Below are positions 35,291 through 44,795 of a DNA stretch of 64,000 nucleotides, one piece after another. Source of the stretch: Escherichia phage vB_EcoM_Skers; the sequence record MW748999.1; one strand, 5' to 3'. How positions within the stretch are numbered: the first letter of the stretch is position 1; each line of letters opens with the position of its first letter. Under the pieces are notes generated by a model that worked only from the letters and a program-made list of their open reading frames with translations, ran no database searches and was not told the origin of the DNA. The translations under genes were made by a program, and so were the position numbers.

Positions 35291-35404
35291 ACTATCGCCG
35301 GACACGTTCCAGCCGTATAGACCCCATCTAAAGCACATGGTAACAGTTCCATTGTGACGGCTTACCGTCACATCATTAAATTCTGGGATACTTCGCATAA
35401 TCAT
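35237..35404 (-). CDS. hypothetical small protein (55 aa)
   Basis: MIMRSIPEFNDVTVSRHNGTV...AACINKMIEHFTKRGF; SD GAGGAA overlapping the dda stop; not in ORF track. Confidence 0.45.
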   Translation of the reverse strand: MIMRSIPEFNDVTVSRHNGTVTMCFRWGLYGWNVSGDSEAACINKMIEHFTKRGF

Positions 35405-35414
35405 AATAATTTCC

Positions 35415-36806
35415 TCAAATATAGTCTACTCGATACCGCGCACGGGTAACACCCACATATAATAACTGCATTGCCAATTCAAAGTCAACATTGTCTGTAC
35501 ACATGCAAGGAGTATACAGGAACACGCGGTCTACGCTGATCCCTTGTGACTTATGAATGGTGCAAGCTGGTAATGCTTTTACATTCAAGAACATACGCTT
35601 CATCGTCCAGAAGGAATCCCAATCTGGTTTAAATTTTGGATTCTCTTTCTTCATTTCGCGATATTGTCCGGCGACCGTATTCAGATAGATAGAGAAAATG
35701 TTCTTCTGACGTTGTTCTGTCAGAATGTTGATTTCTACTAAATCTGGTTTATCTGTAGTGATTCCGACTGCATCTAAACCGACTTTCTGATTTAGGATTT
35801 CTTTGTCTTCGTCATCATCGACGCTTTCCACTTTCAGAGTATAGCCTAAAACTGGTTGCGGATCTACCCCCGTGCAACGTAATGTAAATTCGCGCGGGAT
35901 GACCTCTTTAACTCGGATCATCTCACCATTGTTAAAAATAACATTGGGAATCTTCTTCCCGCGTTCATCTCGCAGATATTCGATCAATGGTTCCTGAGTA
36001 ACCAGAATTTCATCTACAATCACTGGTTCATCGGTGTTATAAACGCGCTTACGCACAATTTCATTGAGTTTTTCGACGCTCTTGTTAGTGTAGGCCAGAA
36101 TACGGTTTTCTAGCAGGTCTTCCGGCGTTTTAACGGTTTCGAAATAATGCTTCATAAACTCCGGCAGAGTTGAGCTATGGAATACACCCTCGTTGCCGCA
36201 CTGCTTTTCGAATACCCATTTACCATTACGGACAGCGGTCGCCACATCAATGATCGGTGCATTAGATCGTTTAATTTCTGTCAACTCCACGTTTTGAAAA
36301 TTTTCATCCGTGAAGAAAGGAGAGATCGACGTTGCACCGCTCGGATCAACTGGTCGTAACTGGTGCGGATCGCCAACTGCAATAACAACAATTCGACCGT
36401 TGATACTCTTCATGAGAATATCAAATAGTTTCTTATCGACCATACTCGCTTCATCAACAATGATGATCTGAACATCATCTAGCTTAGGAGTATCTTTTTG
36501 TTCAAATACTTGAGTATCTTCATAGTTGGTTGGATTTAGTCGCAGTAGTGCATGTAAAGTAAATGCTTGACGACCTACCGCCTTACTCAAAACTTTTTTA
36601 GCCTGGTGGGTAGGCGTTGCCAAAACCACACCAGTTACACCACGGCGGACCATTTCCTGAACAATGAATTTCATCATTGCGGTTTTACCAGTACCCGCCG
36701 CACCACGGACAGTTGTATGCTTCTTTTGTTCAATACGTTTCATTAGAACATCAAAAGCATGTTTTTGCCCGTCTGTTAACATATCGAAAGTTAATACTCT
36801 GCTCAT
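35415..36806 (-). CDS. dda: Dda DNA helicase (SF1B)
   Basis: Walker A GAAGTGKT, IIIVDEASMVD, KRSNAPIIDVATAVRNGKW, YVGVTRAR; strong match to T4 Dda by recall. Confidence 0.9.
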   Translation of the reverse strand: MSRVLTFDMLTDGQKHAFDVLMKRIEQKKHTTVRGAAGTGKTAMMKFIVQEMVRRGVTGVVLATPTHQAKKVLSKAVGRQAFTLHALLRLNPTNYEDTQVFEQKDTPKLDDVQIIIVDEASMVDKKLFDILMKSINGRIVVIAVGDPHQLRPVDPSGATSISPFFTDENFQNVELTEIKRSNAPIIDVATAVRNGKWVFEKQCGNEGVFHSSTLPEFMKHYFETVKTPEDLLENRILAYTNKSVEKLNEIVRKRVYNTDEPVIVDEILVTQEPLIEYLRDERGKKIPNVIFNNGEMIRVKEVIPREFTLRCTGVDPQPVLGYTLKVESVDDDEDKEILNQKVGLDAVGITTDKPDLVEINILTEQRQKNIFSIYLNTVAGQYREMKKENPKFKPDWDSFWTMKRMFLNVKALPACTIHKSQGISVDRVFLYTPCMCTDNVDFELAMQLLYVGVTRARYRVDYI

Positions 36807-37156
36807 TATCCTAAAATCCTCACCTTGCGAACACAGATAGTATTGAGTTCTCGCCGTACCCGTTCTTTTTCATATTCAGGAATTTTATATTCGATACCAT
36901 CCCGAACAATTTCAGAAGACCGGATTATGCCAAATTTTCGTTTAGGTACAACCTTGTATTTCGGTTCACCCGCCAATAGACTCTCACAATAATCTATCTG
37001 ATCACACATTGACGCTAACGCAGCATCATGTGTTTCGCAAGTTAGGACGCGACCCTTCGCGTCCACTGAGTATTGAAAGAATCCGTCTTTATCACGATAA
37101 CATACAGCAAATACATGCATTATAAACCTACCTTCGCTTTCATCAATTCGATCCAC
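36806..37156 (-). CDS. hypothetical protein (116 aa)
   Basis: ORF track. Confidence 0.5.
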   Translation of the reverse strand: MDRIDESEGRFIMHVFAVCYRDKDGFFQYSVDAKGRVLTCETHDAALASMCDQIDYCESLLAGEPKYKVVPKRKFGIIRSSEIVRDGIEYKIPEYEKERVRRELNTICVRKVRILG

Positions 37157-37875
37157 GACGCATCAATCGGAAGCCCGTATTTCACGCGTTCTTTTTGTGC
37201 TGGCGTTAAGTTCTCATACTTAGAAAGAGATTCAATCAAAACGCTGGTATATTTTAGCACGATTTCGGTATTGTTTGCAATAGCCTTAAGTTTTTCTTCT
37301 TTCTTGTTGATTTCGCTAAGGGCTTGCTTGAGATCTGCAATTTTCTGATAACGTTCTTCCATACGTAAGAGAGTATTTTTAATCGCTCGCTCGGCTGCCT
37401 CTGCTTTCTCCGGTTCGTTGTGCTTTTTGTGGCGCTCTATTGCTAATTTCTTTTCTTCGATTGCCATTTCCTGATTTTTGATGCGATTCTCGTTAAGTTC
37501 GATCCACTCGATGTACTTCGCACGTAGGGCAATTTCATCATCAGAAAGTTTACCGTTAGTTCCTAGTTCCTGGATCTCTTTAAGAGATTCGATAGTGTGA
37601 TTGCCACGGAAAGAATTGTATTTCAGTTTAACCGGAATTACATTGCCATCAACATATCCCAGATTGCAATCAATGCGCTCTAAGGAGAGTCCGTCATCAC
37701 CTTCACCGAAAGCCTCACCTGAATAGGCACAATGAGTCTGGCGGTAAATGTTACGCACAGTGACTAAGCTCATAGAGAAGTCTTTGTTGCGACGTGAAGC
37801 ACCAGCCATGATAGAGTTCAGCCGGAAAACAACCAGCGCCAATTCTTCGTTAGATTTAAAAGCAAACAGTTTCAT
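37120..37875 (-). CDS. hypothetical protein with long coiled-coil C-terminal half (occupies the T4 srd position)
   Basis: ORF track; SD AAGGAG; N-terminal Cys/His segment HCAYSGEAF...LERIDCNLGYVDGNVIP, then a Glu/Lys-rich heptad region. Confidence 0.5.
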   Translation of the reverse strand: MKLFAFKSNEELALVVFRLNSIMAGASRRNKDFSMSLVTVRNIYRQTHCAYSGEAFGEGDDGLSLERIDCNLGYVDGNVIPVKLKYNSFRGNHTIESLKEIQELGTNGKLSDDEIALRAKYIEWIELNENRIKNQEMAIEEKKLAIERHKKHNEPEKAEAAERAIKNTLLRMEERYQKIADLKQALSEINKKEEKLKAIANNTEIVLKYTSVLIESLSKYENLTPAQKERVKYGLPIDASWIELMKAKVGL

Positions 37876-37904
37876 AATTGATTCTCCTTAGTTGGTATGT
37901 GTGT

Positions 37905-37933
37905 ATTATTGTCTATCTGGTTTGTGCTGTCAA
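37905..37933 (-). promoter_or_regulatory. early promoter TTGACA-N17-AATAAT
   Basis: Minus strand TTGACAGCACAAACCAGATAGACAATAAT. Confidence 0.45.
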
Positions 37934-37936
37934 CAC

Positions 37937-38440
37937 TTAAATTAAAGAAAATTTGTAAATCTCTATCAGATCGCCATTACACGCGTAAACTTCCTCGATC
38001 TCATCAAGGATCATGGTCGTCCCTGTCTTGTATATGCACTCGCGCTCATCTGCCAACATAGCATACAAAGACAGTCGAGTAGTCGGATTGTCATACTCTT
38101 TAGACACCACTCGGTCAATAGCATGTTCGTAATAATTCATGCAAGGCTTGGTAGGTTTTATTGCAATAATCTTTCCTGTTGCATAAACATCGGTTGCAAA
38201 GTCCTCTGCTGTTGATTGCAGTGGCGTAAAGCTCATAGGACGCTCTACAACGAAAGAATCGCCTACAATTAAGGTATCCAGCTTACGGCCTTCTCTTTTG
38301 CTCACACCGCGATACAAGGCTTCATGATGCACTAACCGCTCAGTCTTTTCAATCAATCCATTAAGGATCGACATATCGATATTTTCTTTAGAGTTCATCA
38401 CCTCATCAATGATGTTAAGTTCTTCTGGTGTAAATTGCAT
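37937..38440 (-). CDS. putative ADP-ribosyltransferase (Mod-like), tentative
   Basis: 167 aa at the T4 modA/modB position; candidate R-S-E triad (YRGVS, LQSTAED, ADERE); weak evidence. Confidence 0.4.
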   Translation of the reverse strand: MQFTPEELNIIDEVMNSKENIDMSILNGLIEKTERLVHHEALYRGVSKREGRKLDTLIVGDSFVVERPMSFTPLQSTAEDFATDVYATGKIIAIKPTKPCMNYYEHAIDRVVSKEYDNPTTRLSLYAMLADERECIYKTGTTMILDEIEEVYACNGDLIEIYKFSLI

Positions 38441-38473
38441 AATAAAAAAGCCTCCAATCTTTCGACGGGAGGC
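38441..38473 (-). terminator. rho-independent terminator whose 3' arm doubles as the SD of the downstream gene
   Basis: Minus-strand RNA GCCUCCC-GUC-GAAA-GAU-UGGAGGC followed by UUUUUUAUU and then AUG. Confidence 0.7.
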
Positions 38474-38502
38474 ATAATAAAACCATTATAGAGTAGTGTC
38501 AA
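38474..38502 (-). promoter_or_regulatory. early promoter TTGACA-N17-TATTAT immediately upstream of the terminator hairpin
   Basis: Minus strand TTGACACTACTCTATAATGGTTTTATTAT, 8 nt after the gene 56 stop. Confidence 0.55.
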
Positions 38503-38509
38503 CTAATTT

Positions 38510-39034
38510 TTAGTAGCCGCGTTCTTGACGGGCGAAGTTTTCAGCATTTTTCAGATAGTACAGAATAAAGAGTTCTTGAGCGTCAATACCCAGCGGGATC
38601 ATCTTTGACAGAATGAAGTGGATCGCGTCCACAAATTCAAATTTCACTTCAAGCTGATCTTCCGGTGACAGTTCAGAGAATTTACGCGCTCGCGCTTCCC
38701 CGTGGTTCTTTTTCCACATTTTCCAGATTGCACTTGCATCTTTACCATTGGACATTCCACCCAGCGATGTGTAAAGCTCTCGTGTTTCGTCTGCGATAGC
38801 GTCATCCATCCGTTGCATCCAATCCAGCATTTCACCGCAAGTCTCTAGCTTAGTTGGATTTGGGACCCAATCAAATTTTTCGGATAATGCAACCTGCAAA
38901 CCAGTTTGCATTTCGAGCATCACCTGAAACGGATCTTTACCTTCTGCAATCGCGTGATGATATGCGGCGATAGCCGCGTTAATATCTTTTTCGTTAACCA
39001 GACCAGCACAAGAATTAAATTCTGACATATTCAC
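38510..39034 (-). CDS. 56: dCTP pyrophosphatase gp56 (MazG-like)
   Basis: Matches T4 gp56 by recall (DPFQVMLEMQTGLQ, ELYTSLGGMSNGKDASAIWKMWKK, SPEDQLEVKFEFVDAIHF, YYLKNAENFARQERGY). Confidence 0.85.
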   Translation of the reverse strand: MNMSEFNSCAGLVNEKDINAAIAAYHHAIAEGKDPFQVMLEMQTGLQVALSEKFDWVPNPTKLETCGEMLDWMQRMDDAIADETRELYTSLGGMSNGKDASAIWKMWKKNHGEARARKFSELSPEDQLEVKFEFVDAIHFILSKMIPLGIDAQELFILYYLKNAENFARQERGY

Positions 39035-39042
39035 CTCATTAA

Positions 39043-40071
39043 TTAAAATTTACAATATTTCATAAACCGCATTTTAGCCATCAGACCTTGTACGGTGTTC
39101 TCTTTGATATATTCCATGATCTGGTCGCGTGTAGCGCCCTCGTCCTGAATCATGGCGTTAACGTCTTTAGAATGCCACGGGCAGCGATCCCACAAAACAA
39201 TCTTTTCCCCTGCATTGATAAACTTTTCCAGTCGGTGCATTGTATCGGCAGACCGTGGTTCCGCATCAAGTACAAACACTCGCTGATCAGGGAAAGGAAT
39301 TTCATCTAATCCCAAAGTACCGCCAGTAATTGCACACCCGTTATCAATAAACAATGAATCGATCGGACCTTCTAAGAAATACACAGGTTTACTCGGATCG
39401 GCGCGTTCAAGACCATAGACCTTACTCGCTAACTCATGAGTTTTAATCGTCATATATTTGGTCTTTCCGTAATCCTTTCTCAATGCTCGCCCCTGAATGG
39501 ATTCTATCTTGTTCTCGCGGTTAAAGATAGGAATCACTAAACGCGGTTCAGGTTGTGGATTCTTGAAAGTATCAGCCTTAATGTGATTTGCTACCTTTTG
39601 CCATTCTCTCGTGAAATACAGAAGATCCCATTTATCGTGAGGAATACAGCGATCACTGACATACTTTATTATAGGATGATTAGCCGGAAGAGTATCTAAT
39701 CTCTCGCAGAAAGGCAATGTTTGCACTTTCTTAATCTCCGGCTTTTCTACCTTTTTCAGTGGCTTGAACGTGGTGTTCTTGTGGTCGCCTTGTTCCTTCC
39801 GTCTCTCCATAAGCCATTCCCTGAATAGGTCCGGCTTATACTGTTTGAGAAATTCACCTAACGGCTGATTGTAGTTACAGTTGAAACAACCACAACGCAA
39901 ACTATCTTTATAGGTATAGATACGGAATCGCGCTTGAGTATGATTTTTCTTTGAGTCACCGCAGATCGGACAACTACAGACCAGCGTAAATGAGCTAGTA
40001 TGCAACCGTTTAAAATTTCGTTCGCCGTATATGGCTTTTTCCGCTATTTCATAATCTGCGTAGTAAATCAT
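39043..40071 (-). CDS. 61: DNA primase gp61
   Basis: 342 aa, same as T4; zinc ribbon CSCPICGDS...CGCFNCNY and Toprim-like C-terminal half. Confidence 0.85.
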   Translation of the reverse strand: MIYYADYEIAEKAIYGERNFKRLHTSSFTLVCSCPICGDSKKNHTQARFRIYTYKDSLRCGCFNCNYNQPLGEFLKQYKPDLFREWLMERRKEQGDHKNTTFKPLKKVEKPEIKKVQTLPFCERLDTLPANHPIIKYVSDRCIPHDKWDLLYFTREWQKVANHIKADTFKNPQPEPRLVIPIFNRENKIESIQGRALRKDYGKTKYMTIKTHELASKVYGLERADPSKPVYFLEGPIDSLFIDNGCAITGGTLGLDEIPFPDQRVFVLDAEPRSADTMHRLEKFINAGEKIVLWDRCPWHSKDVNAMIQDEGATRDQIMEYIKENTVQGLMAKMRFMKYCKF

Positions 40072-40080
40072 AATAACCTC

Positions 40081-40284
40081 TTATAGCTCAAATTTCATGA
40101 AAGTTCCTACACTTTCATTTTCATTCTCTCCGTTTTCATCTAAGCCAAATTTGTAGACACTACCATCTGGCGATGTGTAAGAGAATACACGAAAACGGCC
40201 TACCGAATCAAGTTCTGTAAATTCATATTCTTTTCCGGCTTCAAAAAGTGCATATGTGCTTTTAAGACATTTCATCGTAATCAT
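40081..40284 (-). CDS. hypothetical small protein (67 aa)
   Basis: ORF track; ATGA overlap with the upstream micro-ORF. Confidence 0.45.
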   Translation of the reverse strand: MITMKCLKSTYALFEAGKEYEFTELDSVGRFRVFSYTSPDGSVYKFGLDENGENENESVGTFMKFEL

Positions 40285-40424
40285 TTAAGCGCCACCGACA
40301 ACAGAATGAGAACTACACCAACATACATTGTGATCTCGGATAACTTTTCTGTTTTTGTTTTGTGTCCAGATAATCCGAAAACAACAACACCGATAATAGC
40401 GGACAGCAAGCCAACGATAAACAT
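40281..40424 (-). CDS. predicted 47-aa two-transmembrane-helix micro-protein
   Basis: MFIVGLLSAIIGVVVFGLSGHKTKTEKLSEITMYVGVVLILLSVALK; stop overlaps the next start (ATGA); not in ORF track; SD weak. Confidence 0.35.
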   Translation of the reverse strand: MFIVGLLSAIIGVVVFGLSGHKTKTEKLSEITMYVGVVLILLSVALK

Positions 40425-40431
40425 GATGATA

Positions 40432-40608
40432 CTAAGCACCGTCTTTCTCCTTTTTGCGTTTTTCTTTACCCGCTACACTAGGTCCACGATTGGTAATAGA
40501 TCCGCTCGTTTCACCTGCTGCGATCTTCTCAGGATTGCCGCCAGCATCGCCAGCGGTCATATCTTCTTTGAGTTTATTTTCTTCAACAAACTGTTTAAAG
40601 CCAATCAT
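40432..40608 (-). CDS. predicted 58-aa Lys/Gly-rich micro-protein
   Basis: ATGA overlap with the stop of 40605..40982; not in ORF track. Confidence 0.35.
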   Translation of the reverse strand: MIGFKQFVEENKLKEDMTAGDAGGNPEKIAAGETSGSITNRGPSVAGKEKRKKEKDGA

Positions 40609-40982
40609 AGAATAATCTCTTTCAGTAAGTCAACAATCTGGTCTTTCGTCAGTTTATCCTGATTCTCTACAATCTTGATAACACAAGCGTTAACATCTTT
40701 TCGAGTAACGCGGGAGATCGTTTTAATACGATGAAACGGTTCGTAGAAATATACTGCTTCATTATAGAGCGCAGCAATTTTTCGACGCATTTGATCTTTA
40801 TCCGACAAGAAAACAAGTGCTGTTTTATGACCTTCTACACCCGCCACGTTATATAGTTCAGCAACACCCCAGCGACCTTCCGGTTCAATCATTCCGGCGT
40901 GTTTACCGTCGATAAAAATAAGAATATCTCCGTTGAATGCGGTTTTGAATGCTACATCTTCCGGCGTAATCATATTTTTCAT
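40605..40982 (-). CDS. hypothetical protein (125 aa)
   Basis: ORF track. Confidence 0.5.
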   Translation of the reverse strand: MKNMITPEDVAFKTAFNGDILIFIDGKHAGMIEPEGRWGVAELYNVAGVEGHKTALVFLSDKDQMRRKIAALYNEAVYFYEPFHRIKTISRVTRKDVNACVIKIVENQDKLTKDQIVDLLKEIIL

Positions 40983-41012
40983 AATATAGTCTCCTTAGAG
41001 TTTCATTATAGA

Positions 41013-41648
41013 TCAATCGAATGTAGAAAGCAAATGTTTTGTTTCTTTCAGTTGTCGTTCAAGATCTTTGCGTTTCTCTTTAAGTTGCATTTTAGCATTA
41101 TTTCGCTGTTTTTCAACATCTTTATCAATGCTCTTATTCCAGTTATCAATATCAGAATAAGTTGGCATACCCAATTCTAGACCTAATGCGGTTGGATACA
41201 GGGTAACAGTCCATAAACCGCTAATCTTCTTAAATAGGTCGGGGTGTAGTGTACTATCTACATCTTCCGGTGTCAACTCTTTTTCTTCTTTCAGTGGTGG
41301 GATCTCGTCATATGGTTCCAGTGCATTTACTTTAATATCAGATACCTCATCAAAGAATCCGCGTACATCCGCAGGAAATACACAAGCAATTTCCCAACCG
41401 TGATCACGCAGAGAAGTAATATTTTTCACTCCCCCACCATGTGTGATGATTGATGTGACATTGCCATCAAGGTCCACCGAATTTACGAGAAATGGCTTAT
41501 CGTCTGTCAGATCATTATAAAACTGTGCTTCGGCTGTAGTCATCTCCAGAAACAGATCTCGGATCGGACGACCATCAGGTGCGTTACCTTCCTTGAGAGT
41601 ATAAAAGCGACTTACGATCCATTTTGGCGGTAAAGCATTAGCGATCAT
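41013..41648 (-). CDS. hypothetical protein (211 aa)
   Basis: ORF track. Confidence 0.5.
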   Translation of the reverse strand: MIANALPPKWIVSRFYTLKEGNAPDGRPIRDLFLEMTTAEAQFYNDLTDDKPFLVNSVDLDGNVTSIITHGGGVKNITSLRDHGWEIACVFPADVRGFFDEVSDIKVNALEPYDEIPPLKEEKELTPEDVDSTLHPDLFKKISGLWTVTLYPTALGLELGMPTYSDIDNWNKSIDKDVEKQRNNAKMQLKEKRKDLERQLKETKHLLSTFD

Positions 41649-41698
41649 GTTATATCTCCTATCAAATCATTCACCAGCGCCCCGCAGGGCGCATTTTA

Positions 41699-43111
41699 TT
41701 AGAAAGTCATGTTATTTGCTAGCTCGTCGAGTTTTTCTCGTTTCTCGGCTTGCTGTGCGCTTTGTGGTTTAACTTGTGCATTCTCCTGATCTGCGATCTG
41801 GTTTGGTACTTCATACCAACGCTGATTGCCTTTCTTCACACCAACGTTAAACCGTGAATAATAGTTCTTGTCACCGTAACGAGACTTGATCTGCTTCATG
41901 AGTTGGACGCCCATTTTAGCCAGGTCTTCGGTTTCGATAACACCCAACATAAAGTCGGCAGTAGCCGGAAGACCTGCTGATTCAGCGGTATCACTCATGT
42001 TAAGGTCGGAAGCATCCCAACCCGCGCGGGTAGTCTGTGCCGCAGTCCAACCAACAACATCCCACTTAACAAAAAATCCTCGCAGTTCTTCCGCAATCGC
42101 CTTAACTAGTGTGTAACTATTTTCAGAGTATACACGCAAGCGAGACGATGCGCAAATCCCAAGATAGTCAACAATCACAACATCAGGTTTAAACTGTTTC
42201 TTGAGTCGCAATTCATTCATTAACGCCTCAAAGTGATTGGAGTTTGCGCCACCAGTCGGATACTGCTTGATCATCAATTTTCCAACCGGACGATCTCCGA
42301 TCTTCTTATTCTTAACACGCTTCATGCGTGCGGAATATTCCGCAAAAGAAACATTACCATTATCCAATTCATCTAATGTAATGTCAAGCAAGTTTGCGTC
42401 GATACGTTTTGCTACTACATGCTCTGCCATCTCCATTGAGATATACAATACATCATAACCACATTCCATATAATCCGCAGCAAGAGAACACAAGCCAAGC
42501 GATTTACCAACGTTTACACCAGCAAGCAACACATTTAGCGTTTTTCTTTCCGCCCCTCCTTTCGTGATTTTATTCAACATCGGCAGCTTAAACGGGATCT
42601 TATTCGCCTTAGTCTGATATAGCAAGAATCGTTTTTCAAAGTCATTAAACCAGTCATGACCTACATCAGAATCAAACGTAATGGATAGTGCTTCCTGCAT
42701 GATCTCAGGAATAGCACCCTCACTCGGCAATTTCTTATTCTGTTTCTCTTTTGGTAGTTGTGCGTTCGCCTGAATCTCTAGCGCCCGTGACATTGCATTG
42801 TACATAGCACGGTCACGAATAAATTTTTCGGTTTCCTTCATTAACCAATCAAGGTCTTCCGGTGTATTCTCCAGCGAATCGAGAAGATTTTTAGCCCCTT
42901 CATATGTTGTCTGATTGCCTCTCTCCTTGTCTAAAGCAATCTGTAATGCAGTTGGCGTAGGAATATTGGAATATTCGTCTACGTGCTTTTTAATCAGCTT
43001 ATAAATCAGTTTTTCTTCGTCTTCGGTGAAGTAGTCCGCTTTAAGGTGAGGCCATACATTCGTAAAGAATGCGCCATTGTAAATCAACTGTGAAAAGATA
43101 GTTTTAATCAT
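41699..43111 (-). CDS. 41: replicative DNA helicase gp41 (DnaB-like)
   Basis: Walker A GVNVGKS, RecA-like core; 470 aa (T4 475 aa); position between 61 and uvsX. Confidence 0.9.
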   Translation of the reverse strand: MIKTIFSQLIYNGAFFTNVWPHLKADYFTEDEEKLIYKLIKKHVDEYSNIPTPTALQIALDKERGNQTTYEGAKNLLDSLENTPEDLDWLMKETEKFIRDRAMYNAMSRALEIQANAQLPKEKQNKKLPSEGAIPEIMQEALSITFDSDVGHDWFNDFEKRFLLYQTKANKIPFKLPMLNKITKGGAERKTLNVLLAGVNVGKSLGLCSLAADYMECGYDVLYISMEMAEHVVAKRIDANLLDITLDELDNGNVSFAEYSARMKRVKNKKIGDRPVGKLMIKQYPTGGANSNHFEALMNELRLKKQFKPDVVIVDYLGICASSRLRVYSENSYTLVKAIAEELRGFFVKWDVVGWTAAQTTRAGWDASDLNMSDTAESAGLPATADFMLGVIETEDLAKMGVQLMKQIKSRYGDKNYYSRFNVGVKKGNQRWYEVPNQIADQENAQVKPQSAQQAEKREKLDELANNMTF

Positions 43112-43425
43112 ACATAGCTCCCAACTACACGCATAACAAAGGTCTTGAGTTTATACCAGAAAGTTTCTTTTTTCAACTTTTCTTCTGCTTCTTTGATCTG
43201 CGCGGTTAACGCCTTAATGACGTGTGGATATACCACATCACGATCTGACGGCGTGGAGTAGTCGACCACAATACCTTTAGTGTCTGGATCGTATTCAACA
43301 TTATGAATATAGACAATATGATGTTCTCCCTCTTCATCAACAATTATCAGTTCCTGGATAACTGTCTTCATTGCTTCTTGAATCAAGCTGTGTGCTTCTT
43401 CTAAACTTGTTGGTTTCTTATCCAT
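43108..43425 (-). CDS. 40: gp40-like protein (assigned by position between uvsX and 41)
   Basis: 105 aa with hydrophobic C-terminus; ATGA overlap with gene 41; assignment by synteny only. Confidence 0.45.
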   Translation of the reverse strand: MDKKPTSLEEAHSLIQEAMKTVIQELIIVDEEGEHHIVYIHNVEYDPDTKGIVVDYSTPSDRDVVYPHVIKALTAQIKEAEEKLKKETFWYKLKTFVMRVVGSYV

Positions 43426-43480
43426 AATATAATCCTCTCTAGATATGAAAAAGGGGCACGTAGCCCCTTTACTACCATTG

Positions 43481-44551
43481 TTATGCTAACATATCTTCGA
43501 TTTCTTTGTCAACTGCTTCGTCGCTGATCACTTGCCCCAGCTTATAATGATCGTTGATTGCTTCGTTAAACTTATCGTTTGTCAGAAGTGGTTTCCAGAA
43601 CTCAATGCTATTGGTTTCTTTAGCACGGAACTTGCGTTCTTCGGTTTCCATCTCTCCGGTCTCGGTATTTAGGATTGAACGAGAATACCAGCCGTTTGAC
43701 GGTTTCACTACCCAGCCTAACTCTACAGCCAATTCCAGCAAGCCGGAATAAGGATCGATGCCACCGCTAAATGTTACGCTAATCGGGAACTTAGATTTTT
43801 CTTTAACGGTTCGTGATTTTTCCGCATTCAGGATAAAATCATAACCAGTAATTTCGGTTCCTTCTTTCTGCTGACGACGACCAATAATGAAAACTTCATT
43901 GGCTGAATACATCGCGCCAGTACCGCCGGACATAACGGTCTTACTAAACATTTCTTGCGTTTCGTAAGTGTGGTTAATAGCGATGCACGGGATATCATTC
44001 ATAGTCAGATACGGCGTAACCATACGGAACAAGCCTTTAAGTGCTTTCGCTCGCGTCATATCCTGTGCGGATTTCTCATTAATCGCGTCTTCAACTTCTT
44101 TTTTACTTGCTAAGTTACCGATTGAGTCAATAAAGATGATCACTTTATCTTCACGGGTAATTTGCTCAAGCTGGTTCATGATTTCAAATTTAAGTTCTTC
44201 GATGTTCTTGATTGGAACATGCACCACGCGATCAGGATCTACGCCCATAGATTCCAGATAAGCGGATGTAATACCGAACTCAGAATCAAAGAACAAACAC
44301 GCCGCATCAGGATTCTGTTTCATGTATGCACTAACACAGGTTAATCCCATGTTTGATTTAAAGTGCTTAGACGGACCAGCAAAGAAAATCAGACCAGATT
44401 GAAAGCCTTTTTTAAGATCACCTGAAAACGCAATATTCAGCATCGGGATCTTAGTGCGAGTATTTGTTTTTTCGTTAAAGAAGCTGGATTTAGACAGTAC
44501 CGCAGTAGTTTTCAGGGTAGAGTTCTTTTTCAGTTTTTCCAGTACAGACAT
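43481..44551 (-). CDS. uvsX: UvsX RecA-like recombinase
   Basis: Matches T4 UvsX by recall (KIPMLNIAFSGDL, FAGPSKHFKSN, INHTYETQEMFSKTVMSGGTG, EKSRTVKEKSKF). Confidence 0.9.
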   Translation of the reverse strand: MSVLEKLKKNSTLKTTAVLSKSSFFNEKTNTRTKIPMLNIAFSGDLKKGFQSGLIFFAGPSKHFKSNMGLTCVSAYMKQNPDAACLFFDSEFGITSAYLESMGVDPDRVVHVPIKNIEELKFEIMNQLEQITREDKVIIFIDSIGNLASKKEVEDAINEKSAQDMTRAKALKGLFRMVTPYLTMNDIPCIAINHTYETQEMFSKTVMSGGTGAMYSANEVFIIGRRQQKEGTEITGYDFILNAEKSRTVKEKSKFPISVTFSGGIDPYSGLLELAVELGWVVKPSNGWYSRSILNTETGEMETEERKFRAKETNSIEFWKPLLTNDKFNEAINDHYKLGQVISDEAVDKEIEDMLA

Positions 44552-44562
44552 TATTAATACCT

Positions 44563-44751
44563 CTATTCAGTTAATCCGTAATACTTTAATTGCTTCATTG
44601 TTATTCGATCTTTGTAGTGCTCTTGAATTAACTTTTTCATCGCACCAACATCGATCGTCACAAATACTTCGTTGCTGTGATTTCCGTGAACTTTCTTGAA
44701 ATGCTCTATGCCTTCCTCACGTCCACGTTTAATCTTTTCAATGTATCTCAT
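44563..44751 (-). CDS. hypothetical small protein (62 aa)
   Basis: Track ORF 44563..44790 begins with GTG; ATG at 44751 (MRYIEKIK). Confidence 0.4.
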   Translation of the reverse strand: MRYIEKIKRGREEGIEHFKKVHGNHSNEVFVTIDVGAMKKLIQEHYKDRITMKQLKYYGLTE

Positions 44752-44795
44752 AATATATTTCTCACATTGACGGGTATCGTCACCCAACACCCGCC

